DNA of 64,000 nt. Origin: Puccinia triticina (taxonomy: Eukaryota). How positions within the stretch are numbered: position 1 is the stretch's first letter; each line of letters begins with the position of its first letter. The notes beneath the pieces were generated by a model. That model did not search any database, was not told the DNA's origin, and saw nothing but the letters and a program-made list of their open reading frames with translations. Position numbers and translations under genes: made by a program. The DNA is taken from positions 4,526,001 through 4,590,000 of the forward strand of contig CP110439.1 in NCBI GenBank assembly GCA_026914245.1. The letters run 5' to 3'. This document shows positions 1 through 14,431 of this stretch, in pieces.

Positions 1-2428
1 GCTCCAGCAAAACAATGTAGGAGTATTGCACTGTTATCTGCAATTTATGCAATTTTGCTTCTCCATCAGTCTCTATGTCTATTTTTTGGTTTGCTTTTAG
101 CTTGACAACTTACCAATTGTTTATCCAGCTCTTTGAGTGGAATTGGTTGGTTTGGTGTGCTCTTCTTTGAATTTGTCTAGAAGGTTGCAATAAACTTATT
201 GTGTTTGCTCCTATTTAGTCTACTGTTCTTGTGTTTTCATCACACCACTTCCCTTTGGTGCTTGTTGTGATTCTCTTTGACAGGGAACTTTGGCTGGGAT
301 TCTCCTCAAGATGAATCTTGCTGCTTGCGTTTGTTGGACCTGCTTGCACCACTGTGGATGTATCAGTTTTACCGCTCCCGCTGGGCAGTGTTTGAATCAT
401 GGAAAGGGTTTGCTTTCCTTACAATTTCACACAGCTTGTTTAGCTCACAGCATCCTTCTGAATTTATTAAAATTATGATGTTCACCTAGGTGTGTAATCT
501 CACAGGTTTAAGTTCCCAGAAATTTACAACTTAAACCAACCAATGTGAACGCTCTTAACAAGAAATGCAATGTGAACAAAAGAAAACTGGCCAACAAACA
601 ATTATTAAAAAAACACAGCAGAAGAAAGAGATTGAATTCAAAGCAGCGTACAGAAACTGGAAATTTTGACTTTAACAAGGTAATGCAAAGTTCCTTGAAT
701 ACTGACTTGCACTTGAACCCTTGGATATTGAATTTCAACCTCCATTGAAATCTCAATGTTCTGATGTGCTGCAAGAGCTTTGGAGAATCCTCAACAATGA
801 ACCCCACCTTTCTGAATCAATCTACAAATCCAAGTTTATTAAAGACACAGATTTTCCAGAATGTCAAAAAAAAAATTCATGGGTTCCCCCTAGAATTTAC
901 AAATCTCAGAAAAAACCAACCATGGGTTCTACAAGATTAAAACAGTGAAGAAAAAAAATCATGAGTCCCCACAAAGTATAAAATATGCAATTGTTCAACA
1001 ACTCCAATAGCCTTCCAACATCAGCAGAAGTGCTGTGCCACAGGCTCAGCCCCCAGCCCGCCTCAAGTGCACGGGTCAAAAGGACTGGACGTGAAGGCCC
1101 CCGGCCCGCAGCAAAGACTGGTGACCAGTGGGGGGCCCACTCTCTGCCCTTCAAACTGCGCACGTGCTACAGCGGAAGGGTTGAGGGAGACGGATAGCTG
1201 GAATTTCAGCATCTCCAAACCCCCTGGGGGACTACGGCCATCAACCCGCGCCTTTTAACCAAGACCAACCACACCACCCCCAGTCTAAAGTAACGCCGCC
1301 CCTCTCATTTCCCATTGCCATTGCCGCCACACCCGCCCCAGACCCAGTCGTTATGGTTCCAACCTCCCTGGAGATGGTCTCTACCACCACAGCAAAACAT
1401 GTTGATTTGGTTTACCCCTGGTAAGCCCTATTGTTTCCCCCCATCGCGACCACCCCTTATGCTAATCAAACTTGGTCATCCTTCATCTACAGCGTCCCTT
1501 TTAACCATCGTACCGCCATTTCTCAGACCGCGCAAAGCCACTCGGGCCATTGAAAACTGGCATTCAAACCGTGCCCAGCCAGTCGGGCCGTTGAAGCGCT
1601 CCCATTCAAACTGCGCCAAACCAGTCTGCTTGAAATATGTTGCCTTAGTTTAGCCGGTTTACCGGTTACTCCAACCCCCAGCCATCACTCCCACTGTCAG
1701 CTGCCTAAGCCAGACTAGGCCAATACACCCAGCTGTACCCCACTCGCCTCATCAAGACCAGCCCCTTACACACCCCACCGTCCCCCAAATACTCACACAG
1801 GGCCATCTACAACATATAGTCTGCTTATTATTAATCCCCATTCAAACCTTGCCCAGCCAGTCCAACTGAAAACCATGCCCCTACTTTGTCCAGGCCTTGG
1901 TCTCAACCACCAAGTCAGGCCAGGCTAATACAGTTGGATCTTTGATCAAGCAGATGGTTCCGCTTGTCTACCTTTGTGGTCACCATTCTTGTCACAAGAT
2001 GTTTTCTGATTCAGTCCACAGCTCAAGGCTCCTTTTCCAATCAGGAGCAGTTGGTAGCCAAACCTTCCAGTCTTCCTATATTGACTTTTTGAAGCCGCCC
2101 GGCCAACAAAACACCCAATGAATTGGTCCCAGTAGGCGGTGGACTATAACTCTTCAGACATGAACAAGCTGAAAGTTCTTTGCAAGTAGGTGCTGCAACC
2201 TTTCTTCAATCATTATTTCTTGAATTTGTCTTTTTTTTTTTTTGCTTGGCAATTGGTTACACATCTGACTGTTGGGTCCTTCATATTGTGCCCATCAATT
2301 ACAGCTCTGCAATCAAATCAGCCCTCGGACATATTGACTCGGAAAATGTGAATGAATTGATTGTGTTGATCAACTCATCCTCACCCGGTCCTTCTGTCAC
2401 AAACAACAATCTGAGATTTTGGGCTGTC

Positions 2429-2861
2429 TTAGGTATTCATGTCCCTGTTGTACTGGATGTCCAACCATTTGTTCCATAACTGGAACACTGAGAGTAGGGA
2501 GTCGGATGTGTAGATAGTTTTTATATCCGTCCAGATAGCATGTGGGTCCTGCTTGTTATTGTCGTTGATAACGCTAGTGAAGATTGCGTTGGATATGGCT
2601 TTGCTTAAGATGCTGCAGGTCCTCAGTGCGCCTTGAAGTTCGTCATCATCTGGTTCTTTTGACATTGGTTCCTCTAGATAGTCCTCAAGATGTTGGGGTC
2701 TAAGGTGCATCTTAATTTTTCTCTCCCACAGCGGGAAATTAGATCTGTCAAACTTAGGTACGTTGACGTGATCTTTATCCGGGCTGTAAGCGTTGCTCCT
2801 GGCGGCTGGTTGCGTGGGTTTTTTCCGTGCCGCTAGAACTCTGATTTCTCGTGTTCGCCAT
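2429..2861 (-). pseudogene. Copia-type gag N-terminus, frameshifted and truncated
   Basis: Minus strand reads MANTRNQ..., frameshifts into PDKDHVNVPKFDRSNFPLWERKIKMHL (Copia gag N-terminal motif), then the 2429-2710 ORF. Homologous to the gag start at ~57700-57760. Confidence 0.8.
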
Positions 2862-2922
2862 CTTGGCCTGCCTTTAGTTGCCTCTCGAGGTAGTCCTATT
2901 GAGCTATTCGAGACTGTAAATC

Positions 2923-3723
2923 TGAAAAAATTGGAGTAACTAAAGTTTATTTCTTGTTAGGTACATTCTCCTTTATTAGTAATTACAAAGTAGTGAGCTG
3001 TTTGTATTTCTATGTACCTAAAGGCAGGACGCGAAATCCTGATGGCTGGTCTGAGATGAGGGATAACTGAGAGATGAGGATGGGTCTGAGCCTGCGCTAC
3101 TGGTTGGTGATTGTTTAGGTGGTCTGCACACCGGGCAAACACTGACGTCTCAATCAGTCTCAGTTGTCTGTTTTGCTAGTCTTTCTGGTTTGTCTTTTGC
3201 TTACTGTGGTAACAGCAGATTATTGTAGTAATTGTGTTTTGTCCTGACGGAATAGTTCTGCTGTAGTTCTGTCTGTTTGCACAAGCGCCATTCTTGGTCA
3301 GCTTGGCTTCTACGTCTTTCTGGTCTGAGGAGCTGCTCCAGTGCTTATGGTGATCTGAGTCCTCCGTGATTCTGTTGAGCAGCTCGTGCCTGGTCTGTAT
3401 GCCGAGTCGTTCCGCAAGAGTTCTGAGGAAGGACAAGATTCAGTCAGTGTGCTGCTTTAATCTGTTGATCTCTAACCTCGGGAACGTACAAGGTTCTGGG
3501 ATTTGCTTGAGCTTTATGCTTGGTCTTGGCCGTTGCGTTTGTTGCTTCGGCTGGGGCTGTTTGTGTTCGGCGGAGCAATACACTTTAGCTGACTAGCCTG
3601 TTAGGGCTGTGGGTCTGGGCTTGGAAAAAAGGGTTTACCTTTATCTCCGGCTGGGTCTAGTTCTGGGTTGAGCCGCGCTAGCTTCCTGGCTGGTTGCTGC
3701 GGGCCTGGGCCTGTATTCCAACA
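2923..3723 (-). mobile_element. 5' LTR of a truncated Copia element
   Basis: TG...CA termini (tgaaaaaattgg...tattccaaca). Both ends and an internal ctgggtcta.gttctggg block resemble the LTRs at 52307 and 57962. Directly followed on the minus strand by a PBS and gag. Confidence 0.75.
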
Positions 3724-4638
3724 ACTGGCACCCTCTTTCATCACAGGTAACAACCTTGTCCCTAAGCTAGACGGCCAAAAGGCCTGCAAGGGATGGATTG
3801 CCCTGCCTGGGGCTATCAAGTGCCCTGGATGAGGGTATAAAAAGAGAACCAAATCCCTCCTTTTCCTGTCCCTCAGCAGGAAACAGGTTTTCCAAGTGTT
3901 CCACTACTGAGATTTTCTCAGCGCCATTACTCTCAATAGCTCTACTCATCTCGGCATCATATTCCCCTAGAATAATTTAGCCTCCTTTGCAGTGGTTTGC
4001 TGCTGAAGCATTAGCGCACCAGTTTACTTCTGGTTGGCCGCTGATTTAGTACACTGAAAATCAACACTTTTTTCCAGTGATATTAATCAGTGGTTAGTGC
4101 ATTAATTGGACCACTGGTTTTCAGAGCAACACAGCAGTCTAAAAGAACACTGCACTGAAGGCTTTGCTGTGATGTTTGGTGCACTGTGGTTTCACACTTT
4201 CCAAAAGTGTGTCATCCACATGCAGATGATCATCATCTAAATTGCCCTTTTAGTGAGATATGTCTCACATAATCAAAGAATTCATTCTTTTGTTGTGAGA
4301 TTTATCAATAGCACTGTTCCAAGGGGTTTATTTTTCCTAATTTCAGTTGCAAAATGAGATCAACATTGGGAAAAATCATGGTATAGAAATGTTTGAGCTA
4401 GGGGAATATTCAAATACTTAATCTGCATAAAGGAGGTAGGAGACTGAACCCCACAGCGGCGCAGCCGCCTTGGCCTCTAGTGGGATAATATAATTCAAAC
4501 AAATTTCCACTGTTTTTTGGCTCATGAGGGGGTGGTAGCCCTGGCTGTCTTGGACCATCTTATCATTGCCCATTGTGATTATTTGCTGTACTTCACAGCT
4601 GTGTTTGTATCCATTTTTTGCCAATACATCATGAGAAA

Positions 4639-4892
4639 CACTGCCAAGGGGTTGTATTGGTTACAACCCCCCCCCCCCCCCGCAATAAGGCTGACCAGGG
4701 GTATCCAATGTGATATTGGTCTCCTGGAACAATACTATATTGATGGGACCCACCAATATATTGTCCCTTTGTTTTTGTAATCTATTGGTGGACCCTGCCA
4801 TATAGGATTAGCAGTGGATACCAATATTATATTGGTAGCCTCTGGTCAACCTTACCATGGGATTCACAACCAATACAAGCCCCTTTGCAGTG
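4639..4892. mobile_element. CACTA/EnSpm-type MITE (CACTG ends)
   Basis: TIRs cactgccaaggggttgtattgg / ccaatacaagcccctttgcagtg; 3-bp TSD AAA. Confidence 0.7.
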
Positions 4893-6965
4893 AAACTTTT
4901 TGTCCAACACACAACAAGAAGAGCACACCTGAATGCAGAGATACTGAAGGCACTGTACAATTTAACTAAAAAAACCTGCCTGAAAATTTAAGAATGAAAG
5001 TGGGTAGCAAAAAGTTGTTATGCAAGTAAACGTTTTACGTACACACCAGGAGGTTTACTCATCTGCCTTCACTGACTCTTCTTCATGGGATAGCACAAGC
5101 AGTAATTGAAAGGAGTAATTCCAATCATGCACTCCAATTGAATGGCCAGTACAACGGGTCATTAGGCAGGGGCAGATTCCTTCTTGGCCATTTGTATCTG
5201 CTCTCTGAGCAGATATCCTGGCTGCTGGCAAGAAATCTTCCCTGTCAGGCATGTACAAGCTGGTAGACTTTGTAGCTGCTGGTTGCTTGGGAGGAGCCCT
5301 CTTCAATTAGCCCACAACTTTACAGCTATTTTTTTACTTTGAGAGCATCTTTACTGGTTGAGCTAAGTTTGAACAAGTTTAGAATGTAAGCTATTGCTAG
5401 CTAAAGTATGAACAGCAAATTTGACTGTATCAGTGGCTTTCAAGGTGTTGAGTAGGGTGATGTGTGAAGATTCAAGTGCCAAGAGCGCTTCAAAAAGGGA
5501 AAGAGGGCCTAAGGGCAAACCTAACCCAACTAGGAAGAAAGTTCAGCGACCACTTCTCAAGACAATGCATATGCATGAGTCTCAGGCGGATGATTATGCT
5601 TTGGCTGACATCTTTGCTCCCCCATTAGCCACATCAGCAATGGATAAAGAGCCCCAACAGATCAAGCAAAGCAAGCGACCTTTAAGGTAAGTCTTGTGAG
5701 CTGATTCCCCCCTGTAGCAAAGGAGTTCTAACTGATAGATGGTGAATCTATACAGTCTAAACAACTCCAACACACACCTAGGCCTATTTGGCTCCAGCCT
5801 CAGAGGAAGGATCACCCTGGCTCCAACAGGAGGTGAGTCCAACATCTGCAGAGCCTCTTCTAAGATAGACGGACAACTAAAAGAGATCTGATGTTCTAAT
5901 ACAGAATCTTGCAAGTCTTGCCGTCTATTCAAGAGCATTGGCAAACGCTGAGGTATCTGACTCAACAAGTCCCAATTTAAGGCTAAGAGTTCAACTTAAT
6001 GAGTTTGAGCATAGAACACTGATGATGTCCAAAGTATTCCGGATCAATCTAGATCCTTCAGCTGTTATTTGTTTACATTCCTGTTCATATCACTATCACG
6101 GACTTTAATCCGCTTTTAGGTACTAAACTTTGTTCTAGACTAAAGTTGTAGTTTCATAATAATAAACTAACTAGCAATATAAATTTTAGTTGCCCAAATT
6201 CTTTTATGATGTACATGGGTCAATGGCAGTATGTGAGCTCACTGTTGCTAAATGTAACAATGGGAAGCTGAATATGGAGCTTCAAGTTCAGCTCCTTTAT
6301 CTTTGGCCTACCTTGGCCTGGTACAGTTGAATTCAGTGGCTAATCTAGCTCAAACTAGCCACTGGTAAAGATGCTCAGAATGTGTCATGATCTCATGCAA
6401 GTCAACTTTGAAACCTAATTACATTTAGTGTAAAATGCCAAATGCCAAATTGCACTTCAAAAAACAGGCAGGTTGATTTACATAGTGTCCTAGGTCAGCA
6501 CTAAACAGTATGCTGCAGCTAATGAAATTTGATTTTGATTGAGAGAAGCAGGAAATTGAAAAAAATGAAGTTGAAGCCCAGGAGCTTGGCGATTCAACAA
6601 GAAACTTCAGGTTTGATCTCTTCTTCCTGGGGACCTGGTCATCTGTCTACATTATAATTACACCTTGAGGCCAGATGGGGACCAGCATGACAAAACATTT
6701 TTTGCAGTAGCATGCTTGATTCAAGCAGATGTGGCCACTGTATATCTTCAACTAATGCAGCTAATAGTCATATGTTTCTGTCTGCTGGAATATTCCAAAA
6801 CAGGACTTTGCTTGCACCATAAACCTGGTATTCAAAGTTTACTTGCATAAAATCATAAACTTACAAGCTGGAAAAAAGTATGTGCCACCCAAACACTCAA
6901 AGCAGAGCAGTATTTCTGAAGTGCTACATGAAAACTTAGGACCTGTGTGTCAGCCACAGAGTACA

Positions 6966-7930
6966 TGTCACAGTACCTTACACGTACCAAGTACCTGCAA
7001 TTGTTCACATTACATATAGTACATCCCTTTTTACACCTTTATTACATATGTATATCATTTGATACAAGCTTAGGAATGTACTCCTGTTATACATTACATT
7101 ACAGATAGCCATAGTTAAATACAGTTACCATAATGTACTGTTGTTATGAGAGTTAAGTTACGTGCAACAGTAAGATTACAATACATTGTAATATTACTGT
7201 ACACGTGAAATACCCCAAGACAGGTATCACTCATTTATCCCCTGTTACGCCTCAGTCCCCATTTACATAATATATTGGTTATGATATAATTACATAAACA
7301 ATACATGATGTAATCCAATTCAAAGAGCACTGAATGGAATCAATGATTGGTTATGATCAGCTAGTGTGCACAGCTACTGATCCAGGATCAGTACTGATCA
7401 TTACACTGCCCTGATCATTTCCAATGTTGATCCTCATGAGGATCTGCTTCCCTTGAGCGCTTCCAGTTCCCCCCTGGTCCTGAAGCGCCTCCAAGCGCCT
7501 CGTATTCCCTCCTGCTCTTTCCCCTCTATATAAACACACCCCTCAGGACTGTTTATCCCTCAGAATATTATTATAGCAAGGTTTAACACATACATAGTTA
7601 AACAGTGCCTTCATTCTCACCCATCTTTCAATTCAGGAATAACATCAACTCTTGATTACCCTTACCTTTCTGTAGGTAAAACCACGAACCCAAGTTGAGT
7701 TATTCCTTGGATGCCTATTAACACCCTGTGTTGATCTGGATGCGCCTTAATTGAGCAAGCCTCTCAGTCAAGATTACTGATAGAGTGAAACCTTTTACAG
7801 GTCTTACCACAAACCCATTGGCCCATCCTTGGCATCTTACACCATCATCTTGATAGTAACAACCCTCTCAGACACGGTTAGTTACATACAGGCTGACACT
7901 GTGGGCCTGTTGGGAAGCACCCGTGATACG
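6966..7930 (+). mobile_element. probable solo LTR
   Basis: Starts tgtcac, ends near gtgata, has an internal TATA box (tctatataaa ~7525) and no ORF. No TSD confirmed. Confidence 0.35.
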
Positions 7931-8633
7931 TGATAAATGGGCAAATTCATTGTGTGCAACCCAAAGTTTGCCCCCTGTCTTCACCCAAAATTTAGAACCC
8001 CCAGGGGTTGTGTGTGATAAATACACACATTTAATACATATAACCACCATGAAAACTTAGGGGACTATGTGGTAGGTGATGTGAAGCTAACTCCAGCCTT
8101 AACTCCAACCATACACTTGTGGGAAGGGGTAGAACCCCCTGATGATGACAAAGGGGCCATTGTTATTCAAGGGGAGTAATGTTGCAGCACCACTGGAATT
8201 TCAGCATATTTTACTGAATGTCACCTGACGCCTATTGGAGGACTTCCAGTTGATCTGGAAAGTCAGATCTGAGCCAACAGATTTCAGATTTCTCAGGGAA
8301 ATCTAGGTCCCCAAAGATCCCAGAAGTGATCCAGAGTTCCAAAATTCAGATTTCCCTGCAAAATCTGAAATTCCAGATTTACTCAAATTTGATGGGAGGT
8401 CCTCCATTCACAGCCAATTTTTCCACAGTGAACACAATGTCCAAATGGGGCTTTAAAAGTTTCATGATTTTATGCATTGAAAATTTTATGATTTCAACTT
8501 TGAAGACCATGTTGGGTTATTTTTTGAAGTTTTTTTGATATGTAAAACACAGTTACAAAAATGTTCCATGGACCAATCTTCACTTTTTCAAGCAACAAAT
8601 GAAAAAGGTAAGTGAGACAATCATGCAGATGGA

Positions 8634-11075
8634 TTAACTAGTCTTTCTTGACTTATGACCTTCAGACATGCTATGATCAAGATCCTGATTGGAGCTGATT
8701 TTCCTTTTTTGATTAGACTGATGGTTTCCACTATTTGAGAGATTCTGATCCTGGCCTTGACAGGATGCAAGTTTCTGGACCAAAGAATCATGCAGGCGGA
8801 GCAAGATTTCTTTCTCGGATTTCCTAACAATGATTGCTTTGATCTTCCGATTCACGCTGTCACCCGTGCGGTTTTGATGGCTCGTCGAACGCAAGGCTTC
8901 CAATAATCTTTCGTCTTCCTACAAGCCATGTGCATATTTACATTGAGTAGATTCAGTGAATCAGACGTCCTTTAACTCACAACCAAAAAAAAGTAAACAT
9001 GAATACTTACATCGATTGAAGTCGGATAATCCTTCATTCTTCGATCGATCACTTTTTGGGCCAGTAGGATCACATCCGGGTTATTCAGCTTCGGCTTGGG
9101 TAGCTTTTCTTTCGATTTGTGTTCCTCGAACTCTTCTCCAGACAACACGAGAATCTTCAAAACACATGTGAATTCTTCGGGCAGCAACGGGCTTCCATTC
9201 TTCTTTCTTTCTAGCTCGCTTGGTACTTCGAACACACTTTTTTGTTTGCCCATGACATCAGATGGAGGAGACATATCAGAAAAACCGAGTCAAGTAGTCT
9301 TATTTTTGGTGATAAGAGTTGGTTGTGGAAATGCTCAACTCATCAATTCCCATTTCTAAGGCCCAATCGAGTCGATTTTGGAGTTGGTCAGATGATGCCA
9401 AGGCTGGTGACTGAGAGGAAAGATGAGACTGTGCAACATCGAGGCAAGTTTTGATAGAGATCTCGACGACATCAAATTGGTTGGGACGATCAACATGTCC
9501 GTAGCGCCTTAATAGATCCGAATTTGGCGGATTTCCATATGTGTTATACTTTGAATTGAAGAAAATAAAGCGTCAAATTCCACCCTGCATTTCTATTTGT
9601 CCTTCAAGTTTATCAAATCTTGAGTGGTTTAAAGTTGCAGCTTCGTGTGGGAAGGACTAAAAATCTGCTTACTATCTGTTCACCTTTTTTAATGTTTCTC
9701 GTCGCTTTCATCTTCAAACAATCAGTTTCGTAGAATAGTTTAGCCTATCACCGAAAATCAACCAAGAAGAAAGGTAGGGGTTAGATTTGATGAGGTCAGT
9801 TAGACGTCAATTTGAAGTATCAGTAATTGATCAATACCAACATTTTCAGACCCGGTCTTGGCATTAAGTAAATCGGCCAATGGGACCATAGCGATATCTT
9901 CGACAGATTCTCTCTCTTCGTCTTCATCATCCGTCCCCGCAGCCGAGAGCTGATCGAGTGTTTCTTGTGTCAAATCGGGTGAGTGGCCATTGCCGACAGC
10001 TTCGGCGCCAAGACTCGGGACGGAGTCCATCGAAATATCATGGTCATCATCCCCAGCCTTGTCTGCCGTCGAGCCGGCTTCGACATGGAACGAGCGCGAG
10101 AGGACCAAGGAGCCCATGCGATGGTACATCTCCAGCCCATAATTCTCCTCCCAGGTCGTCCCTTCCGGAACTTGAAATATATCCGGCCTGGATTCAATCA
10201 CTGGCTTGATCACGGTTTCATAATCCTTCTCTGCTTCTTCTTTTCCTATCTTCTCTGTTTTCAGTCAATCCGTCGTATGAATTAGCAGGTTTCCATTGAA
10301 AGAGCGGCGTCAGCATTCTTGTTTCTGATTTGCCGCACAATTAAAAAAAATTAAGTAGTCGCATTTTTTTATTGAATCATGATTTACGATGAAACAATTA
10401 TTATTGTTGGGATTGTAGATATAATGAGGGAGGAAAAGAGGTAAATACCTAAGATGGTAGAGCCAGTTAACTCAGCGAGTTCATGCTGATTCCAAAACAT
10501 TAGCGTATCAAATTCTTTAGGTCTGGGCTTGAAAGTGTACATAAACAGATCCCATCAAGTGAGATAAATGAAGCAATCGATGTATTATTTCAAAACGATT
10601 TTCCAGTCATTTGATTATTGTCAGTTTTAGTCTAGCGTAGAATTACACATGATTACACGAAAAAAATAGAGCAAGGGGCATACAGGGTATCAAAATAAGG
10701 AGCCCAGCTGTGAGGATCATGAGGATTGAGGATGGCTTGGACGCGTTCCCAGAGCAAGACGAGGAGTAAGGGAAGCCAGTTCCTTGCGATTCGATGGCGG
10801 TCCTGGGGGCTCAAAGCTGATAGCAGGCGGGATGTCTGGACGGAGAGGAGGGGCGAGATGACTGAGGGTCCAGGACGTGGGAGGCTGAACAAGGTGGCCC
10901 CTTTGCCGATGTCTGCCCGAGCGATCATCCCCCAGCCCTCGCCGGTCTCCCGGAACTCATGCGCCGAGATGGTCTCCGCAAGCTGCACGCCTCTTGCCCC
11001 GGTAAGCCATTCGAAAAGCTTTCCATATCGTGGATCCGTTGGCACGGTCGAGTTCGAGTCCATTGAAGTGTCCAT
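8634..11075 (-). CDS. SET-domain N-lysine methyltransferase, SETD6/Rkm4-like; 6 exons approx. 11075-10684, 10525-10449, 10255-9843, 9745-9673, 9548-9011, 8919-8634
   Basis: Motifs GWGMIARADI, LFSLPR, WAPYFDTL, LMFWNQHELAELTGS, SLVLSRSF, MVPLADLLN and YNTYGNPPNSDLLRRYGHVD are joined across GT-AG introns. Confidence 0.9.
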
Positions 11076-11356
11076 GCTGGGCGATTGGGTAACAGTTAGT
11101 GTCTGAGCTTTTCTTGAAAAAAACGGGAGAGCTCACACTTTGAGAGGGAGACGAAGAATTTCCCACAAACCAAACCAAAAGAGACTCCCGATGCATAAAT
11201 GCATACATCCATACACAAGAACATGAAAATGAGAAAATTTGAGGTATAAACACATACTACCACAAAAAAACAACCAGCCGCATTTTTCTCCTCAATTTGA
11301 CGCGTCGTCCTCCAGTTTCCGTATTATTTTGATCAACAACAGAAACCCAGTTTGCG

Positions 11357-13043
11357 ATGGTCGTCTCCGGGAAAACGGCTTCCAATCGGAAGCAAGTGCA
11401 CCCGCCCGCTGAGCCGCCGTCGTCGGTTAACCAAGGGATGGACGGGCCCAAAGGAGCGAAGAAAAGATCCCATCTCAACATGACAGGTGGGTTACCTTCA
11501 GAGAAAGCGGAGCCGTCTAACAAGATTCGTACTCCGAAAAATGAGGCCCACATGCTTGTTGATGTCAAGCCAACCATTCCCCAAGGTATGTTGTTAAGCC
11601 CATGACTAGTTTTTGAGATGATTCGGTTGATTAATCCTTTCCTGATGGCATGTAGGTCGAAAATCAAAGACGGCAGGATCCCTCCCGACTGCGTCGAATC
11701 CTGGTAATGTCGATAAAGGTAAATGTGACGGCTCATGTATATCTATTGAATTAGTGACACAATCATTTACTTCACCAGGTCCAATATCGACCGCTTCACT
11801 CAGATCCATGAAATTCAAGAAGAGGACATCTGATGTTGCCGAAAGACCGACGGATGCGATAGGATCTGGATCATCGAGCCACGTGCCAGCTAGCCAAAGC
11901 AAATGTGCTACTATCGTCAAAAAGAACCCCGAAGTCGAAGATGATCAGAAAGTTAGCGTGAACAAGGGCGATATCATTGTCAAGAAGGAGCCAGACACTG
12001 AAGTTAATCAGGTCGCTAGTCAAAACAGAGATGTCGCCATGGTCAAGCAGGAACCAGACACCGAAGACCATCCGGATTTTGCTCAAATGTCAAGAGAGCA
12101 GTCGATCATCTGGGCACGAGCCGTCGAAGCGGACAAAGCTGGAGACGAAGTGGTCGCGACTGCATTATATGAAAGATTCCGTGAGATGGACAGCAGGAGA
12201 CCAATACCAAAGCGTGAATTACCAGGCCTGCCCTCTCGAAAGGTCGCGGCCCGACCCCCGACTGAAAGCAAAACTAGTCCCGAGAAAGCTGCCGAGCCAC
12301 CGAAGCTGTTTTCGCCATACTTTCATAAGAAGATTAAAAACCTGCGATCACACATACCGTTAACGATCTTCAATCCCAAATGGCAAAAGGCGGCGCTCGC
12401 TTACGAAGAGAAAGGACGGGCTGAAGACGGCGAGAGCTCTGATGACGAAGACGGCTTCTTTTACCATGGCTACCCATGCCCTAACGAGTATCTACAAAAC
12501 TTCCGAGAGTGGACGTTGAATCATTGGCACTTTCATAAGACACTGAGAGATGTGTACAAATTCACGATATTTGCTGAATGGATGTTAAAGCACAAGGCCA
12601 ACGCCGACGCTATATGTGCTGAACATGGGTTCATGATGGCTCTCCGATACGACATTCACGTCCGAGCGAATACCCTTGCGTTCCGAGTAATCGTCGACGG
12701 ACAGGAATGTGTGGGGGACATCTCAATCCTGAGAGAGGGCATCAAGAAAGAAGCCTATAATAGATCACGTCGATATGATGAACTTGGATGCCAAGATAAT
12801 CCTTATTTGCCCGGAGGATCCAAATACGGTTATGACCCGATCACTCACGAACGTAACCTCCCCGAACCTCCTCCGGAAGTGGAGGAGCCCAAACCTGATT
12901 ATCGACCTCGTGATAATCGCCCCAGTAGCAGTGACAGATTCGCCAGAAATCCCAGATACCATGGTCGATCTTTTGACCCTAATTATGTCCACCCAAGACA
13001 ACGTAATGTCAGGCGACCTTCCGGGTCAAGTAGCCACACATAA
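11357..13043 (+). CDS. Hypothetical ~518-aa protein, 3 exons (11357-11585, 11656-11718, 11779-13043); possibly retroelement gag-related
   Basis: Two short GT-AG introns splice in frame into the 429-aa ORF. Conserved-looking core FSPYFHKKI...PLTIFNPKWQ...ALRYDIHVRANTL and an Arg-rich tail. Confidence 0.75.
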
Positions 13044-14165
13044 AATATGGCTTTAAAATTCTCCATCAGTTTCTTTTCTTTTTTTTACAAACTCTTATCT
13101 TCACTTATCTTCTCTCAGCTCTGAAAATAGATGGTATTAAAAATCGTGTGTTCAGTTATCTTCATCTCCCTGTTTTTTTTCTCCATCAACCAGATTGATA
13201 TTTTCCTTCTGATCAGCGCTGCCTCGTCACCGCGATTTGAGCAATATACGTATCCAGTACATCTCCTGCTGGCAGAGATTTGATTCATGTATTATGTTGA
13301 ACCCCCAACTAAACTTTGGTTGGTATGGCCATGGTGACCAGGAATAAGCTTTCGCACCTTGTGAAACGGAATACTTTTTCCTTCGGTGTCACAACGCAGC
13401 CAATTCGCATCTTGCTAGTCAAGCAGAGGGGACTGCACAGGAAGTGGGTTGATCATGATCTAGTTCAATTTGAGCAAAATATGGCCGTATTTGCTAAATC
13501 TCCAAGTCAAGTAAGCCCGGGTTTGTGGGCAGGTTAAGTTCAAGATTTTGAACTTTGATTTGGCTTGCACCTCATATGACAAGGACTGTGTGCATTCATA
13601 CTGCTTGTTGAATATGAAGGGGTGATAGCATCCACATCTATCCACCTATCCACATCAGTTGAGTTAAAGCCTGTGCTAAGCCAAATTTAGTGACGGAAAC
13701 ACCACACTGGTGTTGTTATGTAAGTCCCCTTGTATCCCAACCAGAGATTTCCCAGTTTCTGAAAAAAAAATTCCAGCATTTCCCACAACCTGAGGGCTTC
13801 CATAGCAAGCCTGAAACTCCGGAGCCCTGGTGCATTTCCTCTCATCAAGAAGCTCTATTTATACTTTTCCAATCCTCTTGCTCAACGCCGCCGCCGCACA
13901 CAAACATCGCTCTCAATTCTATTGTATTTGTAAGGCCATTCTTCCTGTTCTTTGTTCCCTATTCACCATTTCCATCTGCATCACACCGGTAATTCATTCA
14001 TTTTCCCGATTCGTGTCGAACCCCCCTACCTCTATCCCCTGATCAAAAAATCTACAATCACCAGCAATACAGGTTCTTCCTTTATCAAAACAATTATTGA
14101 TGAGGTTCCACATCGTTCACCCGGAAACGTTGACCGACCAACACGAATCCAGCCTGTCATCAACC

Positions 14166-14431
14166 CCAATAGGAAGGCCTTGCTCACAATTCCAGGCAGA
14201 AATACCAATTCATACGCTCCTCTGCCTGTAAATCTTCATCAATCAAGACCGGGACTTCTTGCCTCAATTTCAACTACGCGCATCCCTCCTCCCTTATCTG
14301 AGACTGCGTTCATATCTCAGCCGAACCCATCAAGAGTCGATGCTACCGCCGTTCACGTCCAACCAGAACCGCAATAGGAAGGCGTTGCTCACAATTCCGG
14401 GCAGAAATACCAATTCGTATGCTCCTCTGCC
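14166..14431 (+). repeat. ~62-bp direct repeat, two copies
   Basis: caataggaaggc.ttgctcacaattcc.ggcagaaataccaattc.ta.gctcctctgcc at ~14167 and ~14372. Confidence 0.8.
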
